A DNA stretch of 64,000 nucleotides from contig JAFGBU010000005.1 in assembly GCA_016932995.1 (NCBI GenBank), positions 9,972-73,971 on the forward strand, in the 5' to 3' direction. The translations under genes and the position numbers were made by a program. This stretch comes from Desulfovibrionaceae bacterium. Lineage in GTDB: Bacteria > Desulfobacterota > Desulfovibrionia > Desulfovibrionales > Desulfovibrionaceae. Of the stretch, positions 46,329-56,158 are shown piece by piece. Position 1 is the first letter of the stretch, and every line of letters starts with the position of its first letter. The notes below the pieces were generated by a model. It saw only the letters and a program-made list of their open reading frames with translations. It made no database searches and was not told the origin of the DNA.

Positions 46329-47312
46329 ATGAAAAACAGATCCTGGGCACAGCTCATAGCGCCCCTCATCCTTCTCGCCTTCCCGCTGTTCGTGGACTCC
46401 GACTACTACCGGCACGTGGTCATCATGGCCCTGATGTGGGTGGTCATCGGCTCGAGCTGGAACCTGCTCGCCGGGTTCACCGGCCAGGTCTCGTTCGGAC
46501 ACGCCATCTTCTTCGGGATCGGGGCCTACAGCGCAGGCCTGCTCAAGATGCACCTGGGCCTCTCGCCGTGGTGGGGCATGCTCCTCGGCGGGCCCATGGC
46601 CATGGCCATAGGCTTTGTCATCGGCTGGATCTGCTTCAGGCTCCGGGGCCCGTACTTCGCCCTGGCGACCATCGCGGTCGGCGAGATATTCCACTTGCTG
46701 TTCAAGTACTTCAACAATTTCACCGGCGGCATGGAGGGCATCCTGATCATCCAGACCTTCCGCAGCAAGCTGCCCTATTACTTCCTGGCCCTGGGCCTGG
46801 CCGGGGCCTGCGTCCTGACCATCATCCTGGTCATGCGCTCCAAGTGGGGCTACTACTTCATATCCATCCGCGAGGACCAGGACGCGGCCGAGTCCATGGG
46901 CATCAGCGCCTTCCGCTACAAGAGCCTGTCGCTCATGATCAGCTCGTTCTTCACCGGCCTGGCCGGGGCCTTCTACATGAACTACATGGCCTTCATCGAC
47001 CCCGAGGTCGTCTACTCCCTGCACTACATCTCGATCATGGCCATCCTGGTCGGCATCATCGGCGGGGTGGGCACGATCTGGGGCCCGGCCGTGGGCGCGT
47101 TCATCATGGTCCTGGTCCAGGAGACCTTCCGCAGCTCGATATTCGGCCTGGCCCCGGACTGGGTCAGCGAGGCCCACGCCCTGGTCTTCGGGGTCCTGGT
47201 CATGTTCGTGATCCTGTTCATGGCCAACGGCGTGGTCGGGGACTGGAAAAAGATCACCCACCTGTTCACCGGGAAAAAACAGGCACCCTCAACCAACGGT
47301 AGCGCAGCATGA
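46329..47312 (+). CDS. livM: Branched-chain amino acid ABC transporter permease
   Basis: 327 aa polytopic protein. LivM-type motif ([16 protein letters not shown]). Confidence 0.85.
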   Translation: MKNRSWAQLIAPLILLAFPLFVDSDYYRHVVIMALMWVVIGSSWNLLAGFTGQVSFGHAIFFGIGAYSAGLLKMHLGLSPWWGMLLGGPMAMAIGFVIGWICFRLRGPYFALATIAVGEIFHLLFKYFNNFTGGMEGILIIQTFRSKLPYYFLALGLAGACVLTIILVMRSKWGYYFISIREDQDAAESMGISAFRYKSLSLMISSFFTGLAGAFYMNYMAFIDPEVVYSLHYISIMAILVGIIGGVGTIWGPAVGAFIMVLVQETFRSSIFGLAPDWVSEAHALVFGVLVMFVILFMANGVVGDWKKITHLFTGKKQAPSTNGSAA

Positions 47313-48022
47313 GCTTTTTCGAAGCCATAGACATCACCAAGCACTTCGGCGGCCTGGCCGCGGTCAACGACCTCGGCTTCGAGGTCCGGCAGGGAGAGAT
47401 ATTCGGCCTCATCGGCCCCAACGGCTCGGGCAAGACCACCGTGTTCAACCTCATAAACGGCTACTACCCCCTGACCGGCGGCAATATCCTGTTCGAGGGC
47501 CGGCAGATCAACGGCCTGCCCACCTGGAAGATATGCAAGCTGGGGATTGGCCGGACCTTCCAGGTGGTCAAGCCCTTAAGGCGCATGACCGTGCTGGAGA
47601 ACGTCACCGCCTCGGCCTTCAACCACACCGGGGACCTCAAGGTCGCCAAGGCCAAGGCCGAGGAGGTCCTGGACTTCTGCCGCCTGGGCCACAAGAAGGA
47701 CTTCTTGGCCAGCGGACTGACCATCGGCGACCGCAAGCGCCTGGAGATCGCCAGGTCCCTGGCCACCAGCCCCAAGCTCCTGCTGCTCGACGAGACCATG
47801 GCCGGCCTGACCCCCCAGGAGCAGGGCGAGGGCGTCGAGCTCATAAGAAAGGTCCGGGACTCCGGAGTGACCATCATCATCGTCGAGCACATCATGCGCG
47901 TGATCATGAACCTGTGCGACAGGATCATGTGCATAAGCTACGGCATGAAGCTCGCCGAGGGGCTGCCCGAGGAGGTGGCCAACAACCAAGACGTCGTCGA
48001 GGCGTATCTGGGGAAGGAATAG
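47309..48022 (+). CDS. livG: Branched-chain amino acid ABC transporter ATP-binding protein
   Basis: 237 aa. Walker [10 protein letters not shown] and the Walker B motif (LLLLDE). Confidence 0.85.
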   Translation: MSFFEAIDITKHFGGLAAVNDLGFEVRQGEIFGLIGPNGSGKTTVFNLINGYYPLTGGNILFEGRQINGLPTWKICKLGIGRTFQVVKPLRRMTVLENVTASAFNHTGDLKVAKAKAEEVLDFCRLGHKKDFLASGLTIGDRKRLEIARSLATSPKLLLLDETMAGLTPQEQGEGVELIRKVRDSGVTIIIVEHIMRVIMNLCDRIMCISYGMKLAEGLPEEVANNQDVVEAYLGKE

Positions 48023-48025
48023 ACA

Positions 48026-48730
48026 ATGCTCGAGGTCAAAAATCTAAACGTCAGCTACGGGGACGTCCAGGTCCTCTGGGACGTGAACTTCAGCGTGGCC
48101 GAGGGCGAGTTCGTGGTCCTGGTCGGGGCCAACGGCGCGGGCAAGTCCACGATGATGAAGGCCGTCTCCTCGCTGGTTTCGCCCATGTCCGGGGAGATAT
48201 CCTTCAACGGCCGGCGCATCGACACCCTGCCCGCGCACTCGATCATCGGCCTGGGCCTGGCCCACGTGCCCGAGGGACGCCAGCTGTTCCCGGAAATGAC
48301 GGTCAAGGAAAACCTCGAAATGGGCGCGCTCTCCCCCGCGGCCAAGCTGACCCGAAAGGAGACCTATCAAAAGGCCCTGTCCCTGTTCCCCAGGCTCAGG
48401 GAGCGGGAGCGCCAGATGGCCGGCACCCTGTCCGGCGGCGAGCAGCAGATGTGCGCCATAGCCCGCGGGCTCATGGCCAGGCCCAAGATGATGCTCTTTG
48501 ACGAGCCCTCACTCGGCCTGTCCCCGGTCCTGACCCAGGAGGTCTTCCGCCTGGTCCAGAAGATCCACGAGGAGGGCATGACCATCCTCATGGTCGAGCA
48601 GAACGTCAAACAGACCCTGGGCATCTGCGACCGGGCCTATGTCCTGGAGAACGGCCGCATCCTCATGCAGGGCAAGGGCAAGGACCTGCTCGAGGACCAG
48701 AAGGTCAAAGAGGCCTTCCTGGGCATCTGA
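48026..48730 (+). CDS. livF: Branched-chain amino acid ABC transporter ATP-binding protein
   Basis: 234 aa. Walker [10 protein letters not shown], signature LSGGEQQ and Walker B MMLFDE. Confidence 0.85.
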   Translation: MLEVKNLNVSYGDVQVLWDVNFSVAEGEFVVLVGANGAGKSTMMKAVSSLVSPMSGEISFNGRRIDTLPAHSIIGLGLAHVPEGRQLFPEMTVKENLEMGALSPAAKLTRKETYQKALSLFPRLRERERQMAGTLSGGEQQMCAIARGLMARPKMMLFDEPSLGLSPVLTQEVFRLVQKIHEEGMTILMVEQNVKQTLGICDRAYVLENGRILMQGKGKDLLEDQKVKEAFLGI

Positions 48731-48828
48731 TCCGCCCCCTTTCCCACTTTCGACTTGACGTCCGGGAAGTCCTGCCAGTACTCATTGGTTGCGGACTGTT
48801 TCACCAATCAATCACGGAGTGTCGAGAA

Positions 48829-50148
<1,320 letters not shown>

Positions 50149-50171
50149 GACCTGCTCGGGCCTGAGATAGT

Positions 50172-50203
50172 CCGGACTCCGGGGCCGCGGCCCCGGAGTC
50201 CGG
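50172..50203 (+). terminator. 32-nt perfect GC-rich palindrome after the malic enzyme gene
   Basis: CCGGACTCCGGGGCCG / CGGCCCCGGAGTCCGG, starting 24 nt after the stop codon. No U-tract, so terminator function is uncertain. Confidence 0.35.
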
Positions 50204-50224
50204 CCCCGGGCAGCGAGGGCGGAC

Positions 50225-50410
50225 ATGGACCAAGACCCCGAACAGAGACTCGCGGACCTGGCCAGGGAAATGGGCCTGGACCCGGACCTGGCCCTGGACC
50301 TGATCCGGGACCAGGACCTCGAAAGCAGGGACGAGGCCCTCAGGGCCCTGGCCGAGGCGGCCGAGGCCCTGGCCAGGTTCAAGCCCGAAAAGGGGACCGA
50401 AGGCCCCTAG
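50225..50410 (+). CDS. Possible small acidic helical protein (61 aa)
   Basis: ATG after GAGGGCGGAC. High GC3 in this frame. No recognisable family. Confidence 0.3.
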   Translation: MDQDPEQRLADLAREMGLDPDLALDLIRDQDLESRDEALRALAEAAEALARFKPEKGTEGP

Positions 50411-50570
50411 TGTCACGTTCCGCAAATACCTGGTTGACACAACCAGGTATTTGCGCAAGGAGCGCTTCGCCGGAAAACGCGGTTTCCGGCCCGCTTACGC
50501 CACCAAAGGCGGCGACCCGCCGGAGGCGGCCAGTGTCGCGATGTACTTAAATTAAGGAACGCGACACTAG
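50408..50570. repeat. CTAG-bounded inverted-repeat element A (multi-hairpin; MITE-like or structured RNA)
   Basis: 14-nt terminal inverted repeat with 1 mismatch. Internal perfect 16-bp, 8-bp and 9-bp stems. Fills the whole gap between two convergent stop codons. Confidence 0.55.
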
Positions 50571-51331
50571 ACGTCCAGCTCAAGGCCCACCGGGCAGTGG
50601 TCCGAGCCCATGACCCCGGGCTCGATCCAGGCCCGTCTGACCCTGTCCCGCAGCTCCTCGCAGACAAAGAAGTAGTCGATGCGCCAGCCGGCGTTGTTGC
50701 TGCGCGCGTTGAAGCGGTAGGACCACCACGAGTAGTGGCCGCCGCCGGGCTCGAACATGCGGAAGGTGTCCACCCAGCCCGCGGCCACGAACCTGTCCAG
50801 CCAGGCCCGCTCCACGGGCAGAAAGCCCGAGGTCTTCTCGTTGGCCTTGGGGTTCTTGAGGTCGATGGCCTTGTGCGCGGTGTTGAAGTCCCCGCCGACC
50901 ACCACGGGCTTGGTCCGGCGCAGTTCCTGGGCGTAGTCCAGAAAGGCGTCATAATAGGCCAGCTTGAAGTCCAGGCGCTCCTGGCTCATCTGGCCGTTCG
51001 GAAAGTAGACGTTGAGCAGGAAAAAGGCCTCGTACTCGAGCAGGATGAGCCGGCCCTCGCCCTGGAAGCGCCCCCCGGGCAGGCCCAGGGACCGGGACAC
51101 GGGCCGGGCCCGGAACAGACAGGCCGTGCCCGAGTAGCCCTTCTTGGCCTTGGACCAGTTCCAGACCGCGTCCCAGCCTTGGGGCCCGCGATCCCGGGGC
51201 TCGAGCTGGTCCGGGTGGACCTTGGTCTCCTGGAGCAGGACCACGTCCGCGCCGCAGGACCCGAGCCAGTCCCAGAAGCCCTTGCCCACAACGGCCCTGA
51301 AGCCGTTGACGTTCCAGGAGTATATGTTCAT
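50567..51331 (-). CDS. xth: Exodeoxyribonuclease III
   Basis: 254 aa. NIYSWNVNG, LQETK and the C-terminal GSDHCPV motifs. Confidence 0.9.
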   Translation of the reverse strand: MNIYSWNVNGFRAVVGKGFWDWLGSCGADVVLLQETKVHPDQLEPRDRGPQGWDAVWNWSKAKKGYSGTACLFRARPVSRSLGLPGGRFQGEGRLILLEYEAFFLLNVYFPNGQMSQERLDFKLAYYDAFLDYAQELRRTKPVVVGGDFNTAHKAIDLKNPKANEKTSGFLPVERAWLDRFVAAGWVDTFRMFEPGGGHYSWWSYRFNARSNNAGWRIDYFFVCEELRDRVRRAWIEPGVMGSDHCPVGLELDV

Positions 51332-51416
51332 CGCCGGGCCGGTCGCCGGGGGCGGGAAAGCGCGGCGCGCGGGGTCTGCCGCGGGCCCTCGAACGGGCCC
51401 CTTCGGCCGGGCCGGC

Positions 51417-51509
51417 CTATTCGCTGTCGCTCAGGCTGGTGCACTTGATCATGCACAGCACCGCGACGGTCATGACCAGACCGAGAAAGAACCAGAAGTA
51501 AGACAGCAT
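51417..51509 (-). CDS. Candidate 30-aa hydrophobic micro-protein
   Basis: Not in the ORF track because it is too short. GGAGGA-N6-ATG. Translation MLSYFWFFLGLVMTVAVLCMIKCTSLSDSE, with GC3 about 26/30. 85 nt upstream of xth on the same strand. Confidence 0.4.
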   Translation of the reverse strand: MLSYFWFFLGLVMTVAVLCMIKCTSLSDSE

Positions 51510-51617
51510 GACCTATCCTCCGTGGCGGTTTTTGTTCAGGCACGTGGTTTTTCAGGCTAGCAGAAAACCCGGGCCTTGAAAACCGCCTGAAAGAGGCGCC
51601 CGACCCTCGGGGCAGGC

Positions 51618-51647
51618 TTGACATATTATCTTTTTACCATCTATACA
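51618..51647 (+). promoter_or_regulatory. Candidate sigma70 promoter for hydAB
   Basis: TTGACA-N18-TATACA in an AT-rich patch about 115 nt upstream of the hydA ATG. Confidence 0.35.
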
Positions 51648-51762
51648 CTCATAATAAAACTTTTTTGAATTCTGTAACACAAAAGGAGGTGCCCGGCAGG
51701 GATAGCTTTATCAGGTGCGCTTTTTGGTAGGGATCATTTCGGAAGAACTAAGGAGGAATGAG

Positions 51763-53016
51763 ATGTTTGTAGCGGAAAAAGTGGTTATGAAGAACTCGGC
51801 GCCAAGGCTCGTCGACCCGGACAAGCAGTTCTTCGTACAAGTGGACGCCACCAAATGCCAGGCCTGCGGCCAGTGCGAGCAGGTCTGCGCCACAGGGGCG
51901 ATCCAGGCGGTCAGCGACCTGGGCGTGCGCCAGGTGGTCGACCCGGCGGCGTGCATGAACTGCGGCCAGTGCCTGATCAACTGCCCCTACGGGGCCATTT
52001 ACGAGCAGGTGTCGTTTGTGGACGACGTGTTCGCGGCCCTCAAGGACCCGAACACCGTGGTCGTGTCCATGCCCGCCCCGGCGGTGCGCTACGGCCTGGG
52101 CGAGGCCTTCGGCTATCCCACGGGCGCGTATGTGGGCGGGAAGATGCACGCCGCCCTGCGCAAGCTCGGGTTCGACTACATCTGGGACAACGAGTTCGCC
52201 GCTGACGTGACCATCATGGAGGAGGGCACCGAGCTCATCGGCCGGGTCAAGAAACCGGACCCGCACAAGCCCCTGCCCCAGTTCACCTCGTGCTGCCCGG
52301 CCTGGATCAAGTTCGTGGAGACCTTCTATCCGGAGCTGTTGCCCCACGTCTCCACCTGCAAGTCGCCGATCGGCATGCTCGGGCCCCTGGCCAAGACCTA
52401 CGGCGCCCAGCAGACCAAGACCGACCCGCTGCGCATATACACCGTGTCCATCATGCCCTGCATAGCCAAGAAGTACGAGGGCCTGAGGCCGGAGATGTCG
52501 GCCAGCGGAAAGCACGACATCGACGCCACGATCACCACCCGCGAGCTGGCCTACATGATCAAGAAGGCCGCTATCGACTTCGACAAGCTCAAGGACGAGG
52601 AGCCGGACGCCGTGCTCGGCGAATCCACCGGCGCCGCGACCATCTTCGGCAACAGCGGCGGGGTCATGGAAGCCGCCCTGCGCCTGGCCTACGAGGTCTT
52701 GTCCGGCCAGAAGCTCAAGGATCCGGGCATCAAGGCCGTGCGCACCCACGAGGGCGTCAAGTCCGCGGCCATAAACGTGCCCAACTTCGGCGAGGTCCGG
52801 GTGGCCATTGCCAGCGGCCTGGCCAACGCGGCCAAGCTCTGCGACGAGGTCAAGGCCGGAAAGTCGAAGTACCACTTCATAGAGATCATGGCCTGCCCCG
52901 GCGGCTGCGTGAACGGCGGGGGCCAACCCCTTGATCCGGGCATCCGCCAGTCCTGCGCGTCCTCAGGGCTCTTTGCCGGGTACAACAAGAGATTCAACCT
53001 GAAAACCAAGGCCTAA
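51763..53016 (+). CDS. hydA: Periplasmic [FeFe] hydrogenase large subunit
   Basis: ATG 51763 after AAGGAGGA. Two ferredoxin-type 4Fe-4S motifs (CQACGQCEQVC, CMNCGQCLINCP). H-cluster motifs TSCCPAW, MPCIAKKYE and ACPGGCVNGGGQP. Collinear with D. vulgaris HydA. Confidence 0.9.
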   Translation: MFVAEKVVMKNSAPRLVDPDKQFFVQVDATKCQACGQCEQVCATGAIQAVSDLGVRQVVDPAACMNCGQCLINCPYGAIYEQVSFVDDVFAALKDPNTVVVSMPAPAVRYGLGEAFGYPTGAYVGGKMHAALRKLGFDYIWDNEFAADVTIMEEGTELIGRVKKPDPHKPLPQFTSCCPAWIKFVETFYPELLPHVSTCKSPIGMLGPLAKTYGAQQTKTDPLRIYTVSIMPCIAKKYEGLRPEMSASGKHDIDATITTRELAYMIKKAAIDFDKLKDEEPDAVLGESTGAATIFGNSGGVMEAALRLAYEVLSGQKLKDPGIKAVRTHEGVKSAAINVPNFGEVRVAIASGLANAAKLCDEVKAGKSKYHFIEIMACPGGCVNGGGQPLDPGIRQSCASSGLFAGYNKRFNLKTKA

Positions 53017-53030
53017 GAGGAGGCAGGACA

Positions 53031-53378
53031 ATGAACAAGAGCCTTGAACTCAGCAGGCGTCAGTTCGTGAAGGCCGCCGGCATCGCCGCGGTGGCCTCCC
53101 TGGCCGGCATCAACATCGTCAAGGTGGCCGAGGCCGCGGCCATGGACTTTGTCGGGAAACGCCAGGCCTCGGTATACTCGACCGACGCCGACAAGAAGAT
53201 ATACAAGTACAGGAAGTCCCAGGACAACCCCATGATCAAGAAGCTGTACGCCAAGGACGGCTTCCTGCACGAGGGACCATGCGGCCACAGGTCCCACCAG
53301 CTGCTGCACACCCACTACTACGACCGCAGCAAGGCACTGAAGGCCCTCAAGGCCAAGGGCGTCAAACTGGCCCTCTAG
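53031..53378 (+). CDS. hydB: Periplasmic [FeFe] hydrogenase small subunit (Tat signal)
   Basis: 115 aa. Twin-arginine motif SRRQFVK. Conserved HRSHQLLHTHYYD, as in D. vulgaris HydB. Confidence 0.85.
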   Translation: MNKSLELSRRQFVKAAGIAAVASLAGINIVKVAEAAAMDFVGKRQASVYSTDADKKIYKYRKSQDNPMIKKLYAKDGFLHEGPCGHRSHQLLHTHYYDRSKALKALKAKGVKLAL

Positions 53379-53457
53379 GCGCCCGCAGGCACCTCCGCAG
53401 CCTGAGGCGAGGGAGTCTCTGACCCATAGGGCTGCAACCTCCACAACCGCCCCTGCG

Positions 53458-53484
53458 CCGGACGCTCCGGACGCTCCGGACGCC
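53458..53484. repeat. 9-bp tandem repeat x3
   Basis: CCGGACGCT CCGGACGCT CCGGACGCC in the convergent gap between hydB and the TPR gene. Confidence 0.8.
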
Positions 53485-53494
53485 ATCGGCCGGG

Positions 53495-53992
53495 TCACTG
53501 CCTCAGCCGGGACATGGTCTGGTCCAGAAAACGGTCGATGTCCTCCCGCTGGCACTCGATGACCGGCTCAAGGCCCTTGTTCCCCAGGTAGCGCTCAAAG
53601 GCCGCGAACTCGACCAGGGCGAGCCGCTTGAAGGAGTCGTCTTTGGTCAGGTCGTACTTCCTGAGATAGGCCCGGCCCAGGTTGAAGCGGGCCAGGGGGT
53701 AGCCGTTGATGGCTATGCCCTTCTTGTACTCCTCTATGGCCCGGTCGAGCTCGCCCTTGCGCGAGTAGGCCACGCCCATGTCGTTGTGGGCCTCGGCCGC
53801 ATTGGCCGAGCCCTCGAAGTGCTCCACCACCCGCTGGTAGGTCTCGATGGCCGCGTCGAGCCGGCCCGCGCTCAACAGCCGCTCCCCCCTCTGGATCAGC
53901 ACCCTGGGGTGCTCCAGGGCCTGGGACCCTGAACACAGGACAAGAAACACACAGACAACCAGCTCAAGACACAGCGCCGTCCTAGACATCAA
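53495..53992 (-). CDS. Secreted TPR-repeat protein
   Basis: 165 aa. Signal-peptide-like N-terminus and TPR motifs (AEAHNDMGVAYSRKGELDRAIEEYKKGI, ARFNLGRAY). Confidence 0.65.
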   Translation of the reverse strand: MMSRTALCLELVVCVFLVLCSGSQALEHPRVLIQRGERLLSAGRLDAAIETYQRVVEHFEGSANAAEAHNDMGVAYSRKGELDRAIEEYKKGIAINGYPLARFNLGRAYLRKYDLTKDDSFKRLALVEFAAFERYLGNKGLEPVIECQREDIDRFLDQTMSRLRQ

Positions 53993-54409
53993 GACCTCCT
54001 GCTTCCGGCCGGGCCAGGGACGCGGGCCGACGGCCGGCAGTGTGAACGCGCATGCCGATCCATTGCCCGGCCCGGGACCCCGGTGGCGGCATAAAAACTT
54101 TTTATCCCAACATGTTGAAACGCGATTCCAAGGACCTGCCCCCAGGCCCGCGCCTTGACACCACCCGGCTTATAATCTAGTTGCATTTGTGCTACTATTT
54201 TTCACTAAATAACACAAGGGCTCCTGCGGGAAGGTCTTGTTCTGAACCAAAGGATGGAGTCTCGGCAGGGGCCCCGCGTCACGGTTCCCGAAAGGCAGGC
54301 CGCCGCTCCGGGAGCGGTCGGGTCCAAGCCCCGCGAACAATCCATTCCGCAGGAAGCGGCCGGCCGACGGAAATCTCCGCGCCCGGAACAGGAAGTGGGC
54401 AAAAAAGCC

Positions 54410-54661
54410 ATGGACAACGGCCAGACAAAGAGGATCGGGATCATAGGCGTCGTAATCAAGGACAGGGAAAAGACCGGGCCGAGGGTGAACGAGCTGCTGA
54501 GCCAATACGCCAGGATCATCGTGGCCCGCATGGGCCTGCCCTACAAAAAGCGGGTCAACGTGATCTCGCTGATAGTCGAGGCCGACACCAACGAGATCGG
54601 GGCCCTGACCGGCAAGCTGGGCATGCTCCCCAACGTCCAGGTCAAGTCCATGCTCGTCTGA
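54410..54661 (+). CDS. Putative iron-only hydrogenase system regulator (TM1266 family)
   Basis: 83 aa from ATG 54410. The pattern IGIIGVVIKDRE...VNELL..Y...I.RMG.PY....V..ISL.V.A....I.AL.GKLG.L..V.VK is typical of this family. The upstream part of the track ORF does not look coding. Confidence 0.75.
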   Translation: MDNGQTKRIGIIGVVIKDREKTGPRVNELLSQYARIIVARMGLPYKKRVNVISLIVEADTNEIGALTGKLGMLPNVQVKSMLV

Positions 54662-54688
54662 TCGGCCGCGGGCCCGGAGCCCGGCCCC

Positions 54689-54707
54689 CTGACGCGGAGC
54701 GCGTCAG
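54689..54707. terminator. 8-bp hairpin between convergent genes (overlaps the pfk stop)
   Basis: CTGACGCG-gag-CGCGTCAG. No U-tract. Confidence 0.3.
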
Positions 54708-56014
54708 TCCCGAAGCCGCAGGGGCTGGCCCGTGGACTCCAGGACCGCCCGCCAGTAGTTGGAGCAGATGTTGATGCGCTTGCGCTGCCTGGTGACCAGG
54801 CCGAGCGGGATGTGCACGTAGCGGCCGTTCCAGCGGCTCACGACCATGCCGGTCTTGCCGGCCATGGCCGCGTGCACCGCGTTCTGGCCCAGAAATCCGC
54901 AGTACACGCGGTCGTTGGAGTTGGCGGGCACGGCCCGGATGATGTAGCTGGGGTCGATGTACTTCAGGGTCACGTCCCGGCCCCGGGCCTTGAAGAAGTC
55001 CAGTATCTCGCTCTTTATCAGCCCGGCCACGTCGCTCAGGACCGCGTTGCCCGAGGCGTCCTTCCTGCCGGTCTTGCCCAGCAGCTTCTGGCCCGCGCCC
55101 TCGGCGACCACGATGACCGCGTGGCCGCGCGACTCCAGCCGCCTTTCCAGGGCCCTCAACAGGCCGTTCTCGCCCTTGAACTCGAAGTCGTCCTCGGGCA
55201 CGAGCACGAAGTTGACGTCCTTGAGGGCCAGCGAGCTCTGGGCCGCGATGAACCCGGACTCCCGGCCCATGAGCTTGACCAGGCCGATGCCGTTGGGCGC
55301 GCCCAGGGCCTCGGTGTGCGCGCTGCGGATGGCCTCGGTGGCCTTTTCCACGGCCGTGTCGAACCCGAACGAGGGCGCGGCGAAGTTGATGTCGTTGTCG
55401 ATGGTCTTGGGTATCCCGACCACGGCGATGCGGTTGTTGCGCCTGGCGACCTCGTCCCGGACCTTGGCCGCGGCGCGCATGGTCCCGTCCCCGCCGATCA
55501 TGAACACCACGCAGACGTTCATGCGCTCCAGGGCGTCCACGATGTCCTCCACGGGCTGGGGGCCCCTGGACGTGCCCAGGATGGTCCCCCCGAACTCGTG
55601 TATCTGGGTCACGTTTCCGGGCGCAAGCTCCATGACCTCGTGCCCGTAGCTGGGCGCGAATCCGGACAGGCCGTAGCGCACGCCCAGGACCGAGGCCACC
55701 CGGTAGTGGTGGTGGGCGCTCATGACAATGGCCCGGATCACGTCGTTGAGCCCGGGGCAGAGCCCGCCGCAGGTGACCACGGCGCACTTGACCTTCGAGG
55801 GGTCGAAATAGATGTCCTTCCTGGGCCCGGCCTGCTCGAAGAACACCGGCTTCACCCGGCCGTTGTCCATCTCGCCCCTGGTGATGTCCACCAGCACGGC
55901 GTCCTTGTCCGAGATGAACTGGCCAAAGGCCATGGGCGAAGGTATCTTGGCCCGGCCCAGGGACTCGATGGCCGTTTCCTCGGGGTTGATCCTCATCCCG
56001 GCGCAGCTGTGCAT
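54704..56014 (-). CDS. 6-phosphofructokinase (ATP- or PPi-dependent, long clade)
   Basis: TCGGLCPGLNDVIR and MIGGDGT motifs. Start is ambiguous: ATG 56014 (AAGGA SD), ATG 55996 or TTG 56032. Confidence 0.8.
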   Translation of the reverse strand: MHSCAGMRINPEETAIESLGRAKIPSPMAFGQFISDKDAVLVDITRGEMDNGRVKPVFFEQAGPRKDIYFDPSKVKCAVVTCGGLCPGLNDVIRAIVMSAHHHYRVASVLGVRYGLSGFAPSYGHEVMELAPGNVTQIHEFGGTILGTSRGPQPVEDIVDALERMNVCVVFMIGGDGTMRAAAKVRDEVARRNNRIAVVGIPKTIDNDINFAAPSFGFDTAVEKATEAIRSAHTEALGAPNGIGLVKLMGRESGFIAAQSSLALKDVNFVLVPEDDFEFKGENGLLRALERRLESRGHAVIVVAEGAGQKLLGKTGRKDASGNAVLSDVAGLIKSEILDFFKARGRDVTLKYIDPSYIIRAVPANSNDRVYCGFLGQNAVHAAMAGKTGMVVSRWNGRYVHIPLGLVTRQRKRINICSNYWRAVLESTGQPLRLRD

Positions 56015-56076
56015 GCGGCATCCTTGCGGCAAGGGGGCCTTGGCCGCGGGACCTGCCCCCGTGGTTGTCTTCGGCC

Positions 56077-56104
56077 CTTGTTTGCTTTATGTTTCTCCCT
56101 ATCT
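56077..56104 (+). promoter_or_regulatory. Candidate sigma32-type heat-shock promoter for hsp20
   Basis: CTTGTTT-N13-CCCTATCT versus consensus CTTGAAA-N13/14-CCCCATNT. About 55 nt upstream of the hsp20 ATG. Confidence 0.45.
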
Positions 56105-56158
56105 TGCGGACAACCAAATGACAAGCTTCCACGGCGCGCCGGAAGCGCGGGGTCTATC

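Noticed and set aside
53458-53484. A CRISPR array or other spaced repeats anywhere in the window.
   Set aside because: Only this 27-bp tandem repeat and a 9-bp x3 coding repeat in livK (about 44197-44223, encoding EKAEKAEKA) were seen. No repeat-spacer periodicity and no cas genes are present.
54155-54176. Perfect TTGACA and perfect TATAAT hexamers upstream of the hydrogenase-regulator leader.
   Set aside because: They are only 10 nt apart, far from the 16-18 nt spacing needed. They cannot be the -35/-10 pair of one sigma70 promoter.
54254-54409. N-terminal 52-codon extension of the TM1266-family regulator ORF in the track.
   Set aside because: The extension is Pro/Arg/Gly/Ala-rich with no SD. 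Family members are about 80-85 aa, and ATG 54410 gives the canonical length.
54215-54409. A known riboswitch class in the regulator leader (cobalamin, TPP, Moco, ZTP, guanidine or fluoride consensus cores were compared from memory).
   Set aside because: I could find none of the conserved cores, such as the B12 box, CUGAGA or CCGCCUGGG. A covariance-model scan is needed before any claim.
56043-56086. Sigma54-like GG...TTGC / TGC motifs upstream of hsp20 (TGGCCGCGGGACCTGC at 56041-56056 and CGGCCCTTGTTTGC at 56072-56085).
   Set aside because: The GG-to-GC spacing is one nucleotide too long in the first and one too short in the second. The sigma32-type reading of the same region fits better.
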